A stretch of DNA of 62,801 bases, counting the filler, from Phoronis australis (lineage: Eukaryota; Animalia; Phoronida), in the NCBI GenBank assembly GCA_002633005.1. It is 6 parts of 6 records of this genome, joined end to end, with 100 filler letters (N's around TTAATTAATTAA, not from the genome) between each part and the next. Parts side by side here need not be neighbours in the genome. Positions count along the whole stretch, not along the records: positions 1 to 13,966 come from NMRA01000543.1; positions 14,067 to 28,059 come from NMRA01000651.1; 4 more parts are not named here. One strand, given 5' to 3'. Every line of letters starts with the position of its first letter. The first letter of the stretch is position 1. Under the pieces are notes generated by a model. That model searched no databases and was not told the origin of the DNA. It worked only from the letters and a program-made list of their open reading frames with translations. This document shows, one piece after another, positions 13,140 through 26,874 of the stretch. A program made the translations under genes and the position numbers.

Positions 13140-13755
13140 GTTTGTCTACTTGCTAATTTACACATGTCGAAACAGCAAATGTGATCTTGTGGTGGAGCAT
13201 ACGCCTTGCAATAGAAAAAGAAATTGGGGATTCACGTCTGTCGTCTGTACTATAGACTGTAGTCGGACTACAGTATAGTCCGTACCGGGCCGTTACCGCC
13301 AATACTGGTGTAGCCCTGTATCCAGTGTGTAGCCTGTGTAATAGAAATGCTGTACTTGCACTTGGAATTCTTCTTAGTCTCAAGATTGCTTATGTGTGAA
13401 CTTGGAATACCCTAGGAAATTTGGAAAGTTCACTCAAATAATCGCAAATAAGGCAAGTCATATATGTAGTAATTGCCGAGATCACCCGAACGGGAGTCAA
13501 ACCAGTGACACCGGTAAAACCAGCAAGCATGCTAAGTGTGGCAGCGGGGCCAATAAGTAGAAAAATTCTTTACAACGAATAAAACTTTTCCGTGATTACT
13601 TTAACGAATATTAATTCCAATTAGCTCACATATGTGATCTTGAGATTAAGCGGAATTCCAAGTTCACTCACAGCAGGTAAACCAACCCTGGAATCCAACC
13701 AAGGTTGGAAATCCGTACATTGAAAGAGCAGAATTTAGTATCATACATATCACTC

Positions 13756-13966
13756 CAGGGCTCGACGCTATTAAAATCGCCAGGTCGTATTTTGCGACCT
13801 AGCCAAAATCCCAGGTCGCATTTTCAAAATCCAGCTCGCATTCGTAAATGCCAGGTCGCAAAATTTTCCCGCCATTTTTACGCGCCAAAATAGATTTTTT
13901 AGATCATCTAGAAAATGTTTAGATTATGCTCTTATCTGCAGCGTTAAATACTCACAAATTTCGGAT
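13756..13966. mobile_element. End of hAT-like MITE truncated by the gap
   Basis: Starts cagggctcgac with clustered caggtcgca / tgcgacct subterminal repeats. Confidence 0.5.
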
Positions 13967-14066
13967 NNNNNNNNNNNNNNNNNNNNNNNNNNNNNNNNNN
14001 NNNNNNNNNNTTAATTAATTAANNNNNNNNNNNNNNNNNNNNNNNNNNNNNNNNNNNNNNNNNNNN
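13967..14066. other. Artificial contig spacer
   Basis: 44 N + TTAATTAATTAA (stops in all six frames) + 44 N = 100 bp. Confidence 0.97.
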
Positions 14067-16263
14067 TTTATACCGTGTATGGTCGCTGGCAAAATAAGAT
14101 ACCATCAAGATTTTAGTCTAGATGTTTCCTAACTCGATTTTTAGCCATAACACTGAGCGCGCAAGAGAAGACGGAACATATTTGCGACGTTTCGTTTACT
14201 CAAAGTTAATGAGCCTAAACGTCAGAAAATATTTGTTTTCTCTTTCTCGCTTATAATGATTTTCAAGGGTTTCCGTTATTCAATTTCGGCAAGGTCGTCG
14301 CTTTCTCGCAAAACTACCGATTGGATGATCAATTACGCACTTATTTACTCTCCGTTTTAACGTTGATCATCGTCAATACACCTCCAAAAATTGCACATCG
14401 TCTTTGCGCAAACTACATTGAGATTTAAGTCTCCCGAAAAAAGTTGACGATCGGATAGTGTTTAAAAGTCTAATTCTAAATTTCTCCAGTTAGTGCACAA
14501 ATGAAGTAAAAGAAAGTAGTTCTGCTTGTCGCGTCAGCTGTTGGTATCATTATCTCGATTCATGACCCACAACGCGTGACTGGACAAAGCCTTTTCAATT
14601 TAGCCGGTGGAGCGTGAGACCCCTGAGGTCCCAATCGAGTCCTCACGACAACTTCGCGTTATGTATATACACCATGCACGTGTGAAGTGGGGGCGTTATG
14701 CCTCAATTCTCGCTTAAGTCTCGAGTTACTTCTCATGAAACAGACACAATGGCTCATTGACTGCGTTATGTTTAATCACCTACGTCGTTTGCAATATACA
14801 TGTATGACGCTGTTTAGCGAAGTCTCGCGTTTTTGCGGGGTTCTGGCGTCTACAGAAGACACGCACGGAAGTCTTTTTGCTAAGTTCATGGGTGATAAAA
14901 CCATATACGGCCTGTATTGTTTAACTTTGAGTGTTGCAATGCAATACTGTCGTCCAATGTCCAACTGCACAAAGTACCTGTACGAACAAGCAATAGTTTT
15001 GTTCGAAATGCTGTCAAATTCTATTCAAGAAAAACAGATCACCACGTCAGTATTATTCATATCATATTTGAAACCCCTCCGCTTTACGGGGGAATAGGAT
15101 TTTTGGGTCGAGATTAATAACTGTCTTGCTATGAGAAAAGTTTAGTCAAAATCTCATTGGAAATACACGATGACATCAAGCAAAATTTCGCAGTGTTGCT
15201 TTTCTAGCATTTCAGACACTAGCATTACGGAACAAGAACCTTTTCATAAATCTGAACAGTGGTTAGTTAGGATCAACAATCACTGCAAAACATACCAAAA
15301 ATGCTTTGGCCGCGGTTTTTGACGAGGTTTGGTGGTAATTTAGAAAATTGCATGTGAAAATCCTTTGTTTTTGACTTCGAAGTGGCTTTCGTGCAGTGTT
15401 ATAAAGTTTGATTAAGGAGACAACGTGGTTATTTTCCATTCTCTATTGAAATTTTGCTACAACGTTTGTGTTGTTTCAGACTGTAACTCAACGGGCTTTT
15501 GCTTGGTATATACCGCATATAGTTCTATCGGCTGTCTTCGATCAATGCAATAAATGTTTAAGCTATTCGTATGCAAAACAGTGCTGTTTCTGCTTTGGTT
15601 TTATTTTTGTCGGTTGACTGTGATTGGTGAAGAATCTGCTTTGACACCACTTCAACGCCCGCGTTGCAGTTAACATAACTGACATAGCAGGGACATGCAG
15701 CTGAGGAGGGGAGGGGTGCATTTTTCAAACTTCTGATTTGGGTGTCATTTCAGATTAAAGTGGTATGGAGATCACGATTTTGGGTTCAGTCTGATAATGC
15801 AATGCACGGTATGAGCACTGACGTGATTTTATAACGTCTGCAAATCCATCTAGCGAACAGTAACCACTTTTTTCAGATCAGAAGAAACATTTTAAGACTT
15901 TGAGTAATATGTATCGATATGGTTCACAATTCTAGCTCTTGCTTTCAGTAAACAAGGGTCGCACACTTTTCTGTTTGGCCAGGTACATGTGTAAATATCG
16001 CTCCATATTGGGTATACCAGCTGCACTAACATTGCTCTAAAAGATGGCTGCATCGGTGTCTCACGTCATTTTTGTGAACTCTAACGATCACTGCTAAACT
16101 TTGCTTAACAACTTGTATTGTATGCATTCCTAAGATCCCTGTTATTACTAACACCATAAATTACTTGTTTTTGTCTATTTTGTTTAAAGTCACGTTTCGC
16201 CCATTTTACATGATTAAAAACGGAAATGGAATTAGGCTTCGTACTGTACACTCATAATGCACT

Positions 16264-16405
16264 CAGTAACGCTAGGACCTTGCTTAAAACAAGACTTCGC
16301 GAGATTACGTGAGACATTGCCGTGTATTTTAAATGAGATCACGTGACTTTGACTAGATTTTGGCAAAGTCCTAGCGTAATTTCTAGCGTTACTGAACCCA
16401 CGCCC
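16264..16405. mobile_element. Short quasi-palindromic MITE, copy 1
   Basis: tcagtaacgctagga ... ctagcgttactga; close copy at ~22152-22300. Confidence 0.65.
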
Positions 16406-16983
16406 GGTCTCATAGTACTCTTTTCCTATTCTACAAGTATTTCCGTTACCAACAAAAACATCAAAATCATCAGCTACTCGAGACGCCGTTTCAGTATACT
16501 GGGGTCTGCGAATTCCAAAATGCCGCTTGTACGCGCATTGCATATGACGTGACTGCAGGTTCGATCGGTAGTCATGATTGAATGACCGTGATCATTTTAA
16601 TAACTCCGAAACACCTCGCTTAAAATTCATCCAGCGAAAGCAGGTTAGGTGCAACTTTGACATTTTTCTTTCATTTTCTCAACCATTCTTGCGTGAGTAT
16701 ACATTATATGCACCCATGTATTCGTAACATTTTCGTTAAACATTTTAATTTATGAAGTTAATATTTAAGGAATTTAAAATTGTAGTAACCATTTCGCATA
16801 CGTGCACTTTTTGCAGGGAAAACTAGAGAAATGTGTTCATTTTGTATTGGCCAGTATGTAAATGTGTTAAATATTTTTGGCTTACCTCACTTCATTGGAT
16901 AAATTAAAAGGTTAACTATTGTTTGATTTATTGTGAAGAAATTTTCTTCGGCAAATTGACACGACCAAAAACGTTGAATTTAA

Positions 16984-18676
16984 AGAAGAATGTCACCCGA
17001 TTTAATAAGTGTTTTTTGGCGTCTTAATCGGTCTATATCCAATCGCCTCGCATACGGTCGACCTTACCTTGCCAAGAGGTGTCGCGTTAACCTGTGAGGA
17101 AGGTGAGAAACGACGCTAGCGACGTCAGTGGTTCATATGCAGAGTGAATGCCGCTATGTTGCGGTGCATCGTTCCCGCTTGTCCGAACTAAGCAGCTGCG
17201 AGGAAAGCGGGTATATTGTTTTTTTTTACTTCCTCGAGAGTCCGAAATGCTTAGGAAGTGGCTCATGTTAGTGAAGAATGAAATGTACGCTGTAAATAGC
17301 AAGTATGGGGCCGTGAAACATCTCCGTTTCTGTGGCCTGCAGACGTCGACAGTGCCTGACGAATGCCGGCTTACCAAATAACTCCATACGTTCCTTTGTC
17401 TGAGCTTGTTCACGGCGCCTCTCTAGTATTTCTTCATCACTGTATTCCTATTCGAATTGATAGCCCGTAAAACTTAACTATCCACCTGCGGAACTGATGA
17501 CCTCGACCTAAGTCGGGATTGCGAGTTGCCATGTTGGCGTTTATTACTGAGCGTTCTTTTTCAAAATGAATTATTCTCACCCTAACCAATACTTTTGTAA
17601 AACAGAAACAAAGTCTGTCTTATTAGATGCAATTTGTAATGCCTTTGGAGTGTTCGTGAGTGCTAATCTTGAGAAGCCAGCAATGAATAAATCACTGCGT
17701 TACCGCGGCTTTAGGAGTAATAAAACTACACTGTAATTGACGGGACACCGAGGCCGCCTTGTGAGCTCATGCTAATTTAGTGTTTGCTGACAGAAACTGT
17801 TGTGAAAAAAAATAGATTCCCATCTCACGACCAGGTGTTAGGGGAATCTTTATTTACATTTACATTGCTAAAATAATGATTGTCAATGTGCAGCTTCTGC
17901 CCCGCTGACGGTGCTGTAGCCAAACGCGGAACACGACCTGACTGAAATTCGCGGCCCCCGACGAGTAAGTAGATTTGCAGTTTCGTGGCTAATTCACCAA
18001 CATAATCAGGTGCATATTACTTTGGCTCACTAGTATAGTATTTTCTTGACTGGAAGTTTAGTTTCCACTGAATTTTGGCTGGTTTATGTTCGTGATGTCT
18101 GATCAGTTTCCGAGGCACTGGCCGCGGGGATAACGAGTCGATCCGGCCGGCCGCGACGGGCCTGATCGGGCTCCTAGCCACTTGCCAGGAATACAAGCGT
18201 TTTGTGTTTAGAACTAAAAAAATCACAAGTCTAAACAACACAGATCTAGGTTCTCCTGTCTGTATCTCATGGAAAATACTTCGAAATTATTTTCGAACAG
18301 ACCCCAAACTCCTTCTATGGACCTTATTGGCCCGCCGAACTTTGTAGGCTACGGTGTGTCCAAATACCAATAAATCCGTAAGAGCGAAATGAAACAACAC
18401 GTTTTTATTAGGACTCGGTATATTTTTAAGTGATTTGCATCGAAGTTTAATGATTTATTGGTGTTAAATGATGTCTTCAAGCAATAAGCTGACACCAGTA
18501 ACCCGTGTTGTGAACTGCTGAACAGACTGCGTGTGAAACCAATGACGTCATTGGATAATTTCAACACCTCCGTCTGCCGTCAGGTGTAAGGTAACGCAAC
18601 CGTACGTGTCGTTATGGAGTAGAACTACTCGATCTAAATTGATACAAATTAGGTTGATTTTGGGTGGCATGCTCCT
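16984..18676 (+). mobile_element. Second Kolobok-type element (~1.7 kb) with THAP remnant
   Basis: TTAA|AGAAGAATGTCACCC ... GGGTGGCATGCTCCT|TTAA: imperfect TIR with intact TTAA on both sides. The right ~1.05 kb is repeated inverted at 26875-27908. Confidence 0.75.
17148..17381 (+). pseudogene. Degenerate THAP-like ORF inside the element
   Basis: MPLCCGAS...CFFLLPRESEMLRKWLMLVK...LRFCGLQ follows the THAP C..C / F.P / W / C..H spacing with some ligands lost. Confidence 0.55.
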
Positions 18677-18876
18677 TTAATAATAAAAGTTGGTAAGTAT
18701 AACATATAACGTCAGAAATTTGTCAATCGGTTGACATGTAAAATGTTTCAGTATGACACAATTGAGAAGTTTGTCGTGAATACAAAGAAAGAACAAAAAA
18801 GTCTGTAAATATCCATTTCAATCAACCATTGCAAAAGCCATATGTTTTGATTGCTAAATATCATTTTTATCTCCAG

Positions 18877-19080
18877 GTTTTCTTCTCATGGCTGCTGCCC
18901 TGTTGGCGACATCATTCGTCTCACACCCCGACTTGATATTTGTGACTTATTCCTTACCGTTTGGCATCGGTGCAGGACTGAGTTTTATAGGAAGCTCACT
19001 TATCATTGGTGAATATTTTGACGTCAAGCACAAATATCACGTGCTCACTACAAGTCTTCTTCTCTGTGGATATACTGTAG
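18877..19080 (+). CDS. MFS transporter (SLC16/monocarboxylate-transporter-like), internal exon a
   Basis: ctccag acceptor, G|gtacgt donor, phase 1-1. Encodes GFLLMAAALLATSF...FGIGAGLSF...IIGEYF, MCT-like TM segments. Confidence 0.8.
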
Positions 19081-20800
19081 GTACGTAACTCACCTAGGCG
19101 GCTATGTTTCGCAATTATGATTTACTCTGGCGAGAAAACGAAAAAGACCTTTACTAGTTCTCAAAAATCGCTGTCATAACATTCGCTAAAGTGAAGGATT
19201 GCAACAAGAACGTGGAAACAACCTGCCATTCAAGAAAAAGGGGTTAGCCAACACTTAAATTGTGAAATTGAAAATGAAGCAGATACATTGGCGGCGCCGC
19301 ACTGAAAAAAGTGTGGGACTATAGCCCCCATCCCCCTGTTGTGCACCACCTACAGACCATGGGCGGAGTAGCACTGAAAACATAGGGCTGTAGCCCCCCT
19401 AGCCACTTATGGCGCGCCGCCCATAATTAACGCATTGTCCGTGACTTGAGTTGCCGACTCAGTTGGCTACAATATGATATCGGATGAGCACGGTAATCTA
19501 TTTAAAACCCCGTGAGCTTCAGTTCAGAATGGAACAATGACAGCTAAACAGTTGCGAAATGCCCCTGTAAAATCTGAGCTTTATGTCATAACAAGTATTT
19601 CGATTACCTGGAGGTCTGATGTTGCACCAACATGCCAGACATACGGACATTTAGGCTAGGTAAACGTTTAAGTTCCATTATTTTGTGTTCATCAACTGAC
19701 CTCAGTTTCAGTACTAAGTGAAGGACCAATGAAAAGCGACTGAAGTCAGAAATTTAGAAAAGCGCTCCACATAACTATTTTCGGAAAATAATCAAAATTC
19801 ACTGGAGGAAACGTGAAAAACCTCTGAGAATATACAGTTTTAGCTGCAGGGTTATTTTCTTGAAATCATTTCGAGACTGTTGCTGTCGTAATTATATGTC
19901 TAAACTCGTTCCAACAATTGTGACATGACAGCATTTTCCCGTTCAGTGACTTAACTACACGCAGGGGGTTCTGAGCGTGTGATAACATCTAGCTTTGTTA
20001 ACTGTCAAGCACAGTCGTTGATCTGTTATGACAACAGGCACACCAATAATCTACCAGGCTTATTACAGACCACGTGTGAACACCGTCAAACCCAGAATGA
20101 ATTGGTACATTCGGAAAGAATAGATTATCGTAACTTCGGTTGCGGTTGGGCGATTTTGACGATTCAAAAACTAAACATGACTACGATTTGACGAGGTATC
20201 AGATATTCTATTGGTTTATGTTCAAATATCTTATAACTTAACTTTTATTTTTAACAGCACAGCTTAGTCAGGCTAAACACGATCTTACTGAAGATTAGAG
20301 CAATTATCGAACAAAGAGAGCTGGCCCTAAAACCCTGAATAACAGAATGGAGTTAATCAGTCGTGTAAGATACATGTATTGGCTACAGGGGTAAACTTCC
20401 CAACTTGTTGTTGGGCTATAGAATCGAACAAGTTGGGAGCAAGGGGGAACACCGCAATGAAGTGTGAGCTTAAAAGACCAAGTTTGTGACTTTTACGTCT
20501 TCAGAGACTTAAAACAATTCTATGAAACTGGCTCCAGCTTGAAAATCTTTGCCTTATAAATATAGGTTACAACAAGCAGAACAGGCGTAGGCATTTGCAC
20601 ATTTTTCATTTGAGTTGATCACAGAGATTTCGCGGTATTGGTTAAGGAGGGGGTGTGACTTTTGAAGTCACAAACCTACAGGTAGAGGTAGTGATTCATA
20701 ATCCTCAATTACCTATCGTGTTATTTACTCTATACAACGAGATGTATACGTTTGGTGTGCCGCCATTGGGAATCTAATATTTATACTTCCTCTATTTTAG

Positions 20801-21096
20801 GTAGTCTATTATTTAATCCAGTGGTCGCAGCCTTGTTGGAAATTTCGAATTGGCGCAATACCCTTCGTGTCGATGCCGCGTTATTCGCATCCGCTGGTAT
20901 TCCGCTGAGTGCACTTCTCGTGTCTAAAAGAGCTTTAGAGGGCGGCACCATCGAATACAAAGACAAGCAATTTACCTGCCGGAAAGAAATGTGCTCAAAC
21001 TTGAACCAAAATCTCAAACAAAAACCGGAAACATTGATGTGGATTGTGGGAAATTTCGTGAACTCACTTTGTTATATGATGCCATTTTTAAATTTG
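20801..21096 (+). CDS. MFS transporter, internal exon b
   Basis: ttttag acceptor, TTG|gtgagt donor. Encodes GSLLFNPVVAALLEISNWRNTLR...CYMMPFLNL, in phase with exon a. Confidence 0.8.
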
Positions 21097-22151
21097 GTGA
21101 GTTTTAATTGAAAGTGCTCTTACGTTTGAAAAGTTAAAACACAAATATTCTCGGCAAACTAGAATGAAGACGTATACCGAGAAATATGTGAAATTTACAC
21201 ACTATACATGTACATGTACAGTAGAAGCCAAAAGATTTCAGACAAAATGACCCGGAAGTCCAAGTCATGACGGCTGGCACGACGCCGAATTCAACGTTCA
21301 AGTAAGTCTTTTCTCACGACCGAGAAGGGATGGAAATTGTTGGAAAAATTAGTAAGGTGGCAAATACTTTTTCAGCCATTACTAGTCATTCTTGTTGTTA
21401 ACATAAATAGCGTTAATGACGTTATGGTATTTTTCTCCCATACTTTAAAGCTCGTCTCATTCTTTGGTATGACAAAACTTAGATGATGATGAGTAGATGA
21501 GGGCGAAGCCCCTGGACAACTTTTAAAAGATCGGACGACCTCGCATTCTGTCCTCGCTCTATTTGGTGTAGACGTGGTACGGTCAGCATGCCCCCCTTAT
21601 ATTCTCCCACATTAAGATTGGCAGTTCGGTTGTGCGATCGTCAGACGGTAAAATCCTAGCTAGTATTCTGCCCTGGCCTCCACTTACTCAAAATCCTGAA
21701 TTCGCAACTGGGAAATGGGTGGAAGGTGACGGTATTCCTGTGAATCTTTCGTTGACGAGACTCTGGCTTGATAGCAACAGAGGTCATGCTTGCCCTTGGT
21801 AGTTTATATACTGCCCCGCCGGGATAGTTTGACTCACATAAAGCATGCCATAAATTCTCGTAAGAATATGACGTCTTCACTACGACAATCATGGTGGCAA
21901 TTACCTCGTCCTTTTCGTTTTGTGACATAATTAAAGACGTAATGCATGAAGTGGTATGGGCGCTTTCAGAGCAAGTCTGCTGACTGAGGTTTTGGACTGG
22001 CATATTTTAGTTATACTAAAATATATTCTGAATCATGTCAGTCCATATACATATAAACACTACCTGAATACAATTCACAGTTCCTCATGCCGGAAGTATT
22101 ACGCAACGAACAATTCCTGCCTTCATCCGGTCCGATCAGTAAACTGCCTCC

Positions 22152-22300
22152 CGTTCAGTAACGCTAGGACCTGGCTAAAAAGCAAGACTTCGCGAGATTA
22201 CGTGAGATATTGCCGTGCATTTTAAATGAGAACACGTGACTTTGACTAGGTTTAAACTAGGTCCTAGCGTAGGTCCTAGCGTCTACTGAACGCATGCCTG
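22152..22300. mobile_element. Short quasi-palindromic MITE, copy 2
   Basis: cgttcagtaacgctaggacct ... aggtcctagcgtctactgaacg; matches 16264-16405. Confidence 0.65.
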
Positions 22301-22957
22301 GTTTGCGTTCTGTAGTCCAACAAACTTGCACTTGCGGTAAAAACCGTCCGCCGCTTATAGAACGGGAGCAACAACTCCCTTTTCACAATTCAACTCCCCA
22401 GCCTCGCTAGACCGATCTCTTCAGTGGCCGACCATGTTACTAGGACAGTCTACAACATTCAGGCGTACACTCGCGAAGCTTTCGCTTTTCACTCTTGCGA
22501 CTTTCCAAGATTTTGCCTTTCTCGCAAAAAACTTAGTCCACGAATTGTTCTCATCTCTTACTTCCGTCGATAACTGTTCTCACTGGCCGAGGCAAACGCC
22601 GATTTTCCTAATCCCAGAATCGGTATGCAAGACCGTGCCATTACACTGACGACGATTTTAGAAACATGTAGCAAAACAAATACAACTGCGTTTCAGCCAA
22701 AGAGGGGCACACTTCGCATTGCACGATTGCTCGTGCAAACGTTTCCGGTTTGAGCAACTGTTATTCACAAATATAGATGTCGACTAAAACTGTTCAAAAT
22801 ATATCCAGAGTGAGTAACATCTCCCAAATTAACCCGTGACGTCATCAATGGGTCCCGTGTAACATTCTTCTTAAAGACGACTTTGTAGGACAAGTTCTTT
22901 TATTGTACAGCACTCAAGTGTAATGTCACGTTAAAGTAGTCTTTTTGTAAATTTCAG

Positions 22958-23186
22958 GCTTCGTATATGCAGAATAAAGGGGTCGTAGGACCAAATTCCT
23001 CCGTTGCTATTATACTACTGAGCTTGTTCGAGGCTGTAGGGTATATCCTGGCTTCTCTCGTAGGAGACAAGATAAAAGGTCGTCTCATTTATGTTAACGT
23101 AATCGCCTCGTTCGGTCTGACAATTATCTGCGCAGCCTGGCCATTTGTGGATGGGTCTTACTTTTCCATATTGGTCGTTTCGATGG
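22958..23186 (+). CDS. MFS transporter, internal exon c
   Basis: tttcag acceptor (phase 0), G|gtaagt donor. Encodes ASYMQNKGV...AVGYILASLVGDKIKGR (MFS loop motif). Confidence 0.8.
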
Positions 23187-25458
23187 GTAAGTTCAGCATC
23201 ACGGAATAGAAAGATCCTCAGTATGGAAACGGAATAATTACTGAGCTTAGAATGTTTCCTTGACTTTAATTCCTTAAAGGAGTTTATTCGACGAAATTTA
23301 GTTATGTTTAAGTTCCACTTTTCCATGTTATCCTCTAATATATAATTGTAAAATAATGTTCTGTAACATTTGTCTGCCCCCAAAGGCTTGGAGCATGTAC
23401 AGCAAAAACTCCTGTCTTTTAAACCGGCAACTGTGACACTTTCTGCGAGTAATACAACCGTTATAAAAGACCCCACGCTAAAGACCAAAGGATCTATTCA
23501 CATAGGACACAGCAAGAAAGTGATTTCAGTAAAATTCTCTCTTTATCGCTCACCATGTAAGACGCTAATATAATAGAAAAGAACAAAACGAGGACTGCTT
23601 GAAATCACTGAATAGGATTTAGTATCGTTTAAAGTAAATAAGTTTCAAAATTCGCTTATACAAAATGGTGCCCCTTGCCTTACCCGTTTACGCAAACATG
23701 TAGTACAAACACTTCTTGAGGGAATTAGGCGTAGTCCAAGGGCGCGGGCCGGTGCTGTTTTGTTTTAAGGAAACCGTTCTTGTAGTTCCATGAAAGCACT
23801 TACACGTCACGGATTACGTCCTAACGTGAAGGACTGGTACACAACGGTACATGCCTAAGTGCTCTTGTGATTTCTGGTGAACTAGGCGCCTGACGTGCTC
23901 TAATATTTCTTAAAAGTCCCTAAATGAGCACCGTCACAAGAGGCATCAACCAGTTTTGAAACCCACACGCGCAGTTCCTTATCGATGCTCGACACGCCCT
24001 GGTCAATGTGTGTTGCCATCCAATCGATTTTCTTTGGAAATTCTTGGTCGTTTAAGTTCTACCTAAAATTGCAGCAGATTACCCCGTTACTGAATTCAAA
24101 TGCAACACTGATGCAGAGAGCTGTCATCGAATAAAAATGAACCTACAACCCAACTAGTGGACATTTTATTCATATGATTACAAGCCCGAGCAAACCAGAT
24201 GTTTTAAACTACCTGCAACGGATACATAAAAACTGCCGTCATACCTGGCCTAACTCAAGCGTTTTCATGAACTTTTTAGGGAGTGCGAATTGGCCGCGGC
24301 TACAGTCAAATGTACAATGGTACCTTAAATAAAGCAACACTCTCCAAATGTTAGGAGCTCTTTGTCATCTGCTCTTCTGTTTTGTGATGTGCCTGTAAAC
24401 ATAACTCAGTGATCAATTTTGTTTGTTCGGAGTATTCGGACCTACCCTACCATGTTTTACAGGACAGGCTACTAACTCTTTTCAGTCTTTACTAAAAACT
24501 AATGTGAAATAGAAAAGAACTGGTGTCAGAACTTGGCAATATTTGAAAATGGAAATTCCACCATAAAAATGCTACAAGTGACCACGGAAAGCTTATTGCA
24601 TTTCATGTTTTTGACTCTGATGCTTTCCTTTCCAGCGTAAATTGAAACTATTCTCAAACAGGTGGCTGAAGCTTGGAAATTTTCACCAAAAAGCATTACT
24701 TCCCTAGCAATGCTTTACACAAGATTGTGAAAGCAAAATTATTGTTGGTTCTAAGAATTTGGTCCAAATGTCGTTCAATCAGATGTTTTGACAATTATGG
24801 ATTGTTTGATTGTTTGGAGTCACCATTTTAAAGAAATGGGGTCTACACCCAAACTAGCGAGCTTTTCGGATTCACAACATGTTCACATGCACAAGCAAAC
24901 CAGATTTGTTGAACTTACTTGCCATGCATATCATAAAAAACTCCAAGAACGTAAGTTCAAATTGTTTACGGCTATAATATAAGAGCAACGTGCCTCCTAT
25001 CCTAGCAGACTGAGGGCCGCCGTGGGAACTGAGGAGTTACATGTATGTGAGATCGATTTTTGCTTGATGTGTTCCAAACCTGTTACAGAACACAGAGATC
25101 TGCCATAGTATATTTATTGCGTTTAGCTGTACAGTATGTCTCAGGAAACGGTTCACTTTGACTTTGAGTAAGATTTGCTTTAACTCGTGCCTTACATGTA
25201 TTTCAAGTTATACAGTCGATCAGATTTCTGGAGTCTACAATGCCTACATACATGTAACCGTCGTTGAGTTAACATCAGTGGTCGTTTGTTATAAATCAAA
25301 TGGGCAAAACTAAAACTTGCTATCATTGGGAAGGGTGTTTATTGAATGGGAAACCATGAAAAAACATTCGGTCGCGCAAAAACATGATTTCATATTCTGA
25401 AACGCGTCGACGACGGTGGTGGTGCTTTGCATAATTATAATGATGATTTTATTTGCAG

Positions 25459-25599
25459 CGTATGGAACTTGCCTTGGGCTTTCCATCGTTTACTCGTACG
25501 CCGGATCTGCTGAAATAACCCAACTGCCGCTAGATGTCGCGTGGGGCTACACCAGCATGAGTATGGGCTTCGCGATGCTGCTGGGACCTTTCCTGTCAG
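25459..25599 (+). CDS. MFS transporter, internal exon d
   Basis: ttgcag acceptor (phase 1), G|gtgagg donor. Encodes AYGTCLG...AWGYTSMSMGFAMLLGPFLSG, resembling the MCT GPP..G motif. Confidence 0.8.
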
Positions 25600-26874
25600 G
25601 TGAGGTGAAATTAAGTTTTGTGAGATGCTACGCACGTAACGGTGTCTTAGGCCTCCGTGTTACTTTGGTATATTTTTATGATGTATACCTTTGTCGCCTG
25701 AGCACGTTCTATCGTCGTGCATTGTATAACGCTGCAAGGCCAGGCACACGTATGATCTTGTGGGATGCAAATTTTATCAAAAAATACGTTGCCGTTACTT
25801 TGAAACCAATGCGTCGTAAAACAGCATACCGTTAAGATCTAAATGCATAGGCAACACGTTGCCCCGCGGCTACAACACTCCCCATAGGCTTATGTGTTAA
25901 TTTCATTACCGTGTATTTTAAAGGACCGTAGGTTAAATCCGCTCACCGTTTAATAGGATTTTAGGTCGTCGAAAATACAAATTACACTTTTTGTCACCTA
26001 AAAAAGTGCTTACTTGTTTTAGCGACCAATTCTATTCTATTCATATCTTCAGTGAAACATGTCAAAGGGATTTAAGATTATTTTTGGGAAAATTTCGAAT
26101 TCCACTTCTGTCTTCGCAGTTAACTTCTTCAACGCGCTTCATATAAGCCTAAAGTATTTCAATTGACGTCACGCGAGTTGGGCCGAAACAAACGCTAGAG
26201 TTAACGAAACGCGTTACCTGGTGCCTGATACTTGCAAAAAGTGACTTTTGTTCGTGAACTGGTGTGATTTCGCCTAACTTCGTCAAAATGGCAACCTTCA
26301 AGAGAAGATAGAGTGAACCTCGAGTGATTTTCATGAACATGTTCGAATTACAATATCTATTTTCCCCTGCATGTAAAAATCTGGGCGGCCCGCAACGCTC
26401 CTTGCTGGCCCCGCCAATCGTAATATTGTCCAAAATTGACCGCCAGACATCAAGCCTTAATCCTGACAGGAAAACTTTACCGCTACGCAAATTTGCATGT
26501 AAAATGAATACGTATTTACACAAGTTACATGGCTACTGTCGACGTTTGTGGATTGGACGAGAAAAATAATGATTTAAAATCGGATTTTAAAGTTTCTCCT
26601 TGTTAAACATAACCTTCAATCCTTGCTTTCACTTAGTGGCCTGGCCAACATTCGGTACTACCTGGTTATCTGACATACATGTAGCAATTGAATACAATCG
26701 GGAACCGGGCAACTACCTTGACATTAGTTTTGTAAAATGGTGAAACGGCAGTGAACGCTGTTGGCGGAATGAATAGAGAAATTGTAAATTTTATTAATTT
26801 TCCTTTGTTTACGTTTAGAAAAGAGGTCGTAAAACATCGTGAATTATATTGGCACGAACTAGCCAATAGCTTAA

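Noticed and set aside
14011-14022. TTAATTAATTAA palindrome recurring five times
   Set aside because: Always centred in an exactly 100-bp N spacer; an assembly linker, not biology.
14687-15097. 136-aa ORF as the missing MFS N-terminus
   Set aside because: No MCT-like motif or convincing splice sites.
18349-18567. Paired 72-aa ORFs here and at 26983-27201 as a duplicated gene
   Set aside because: Simply the two copies of the transposon; non-ATG starts and no domain.
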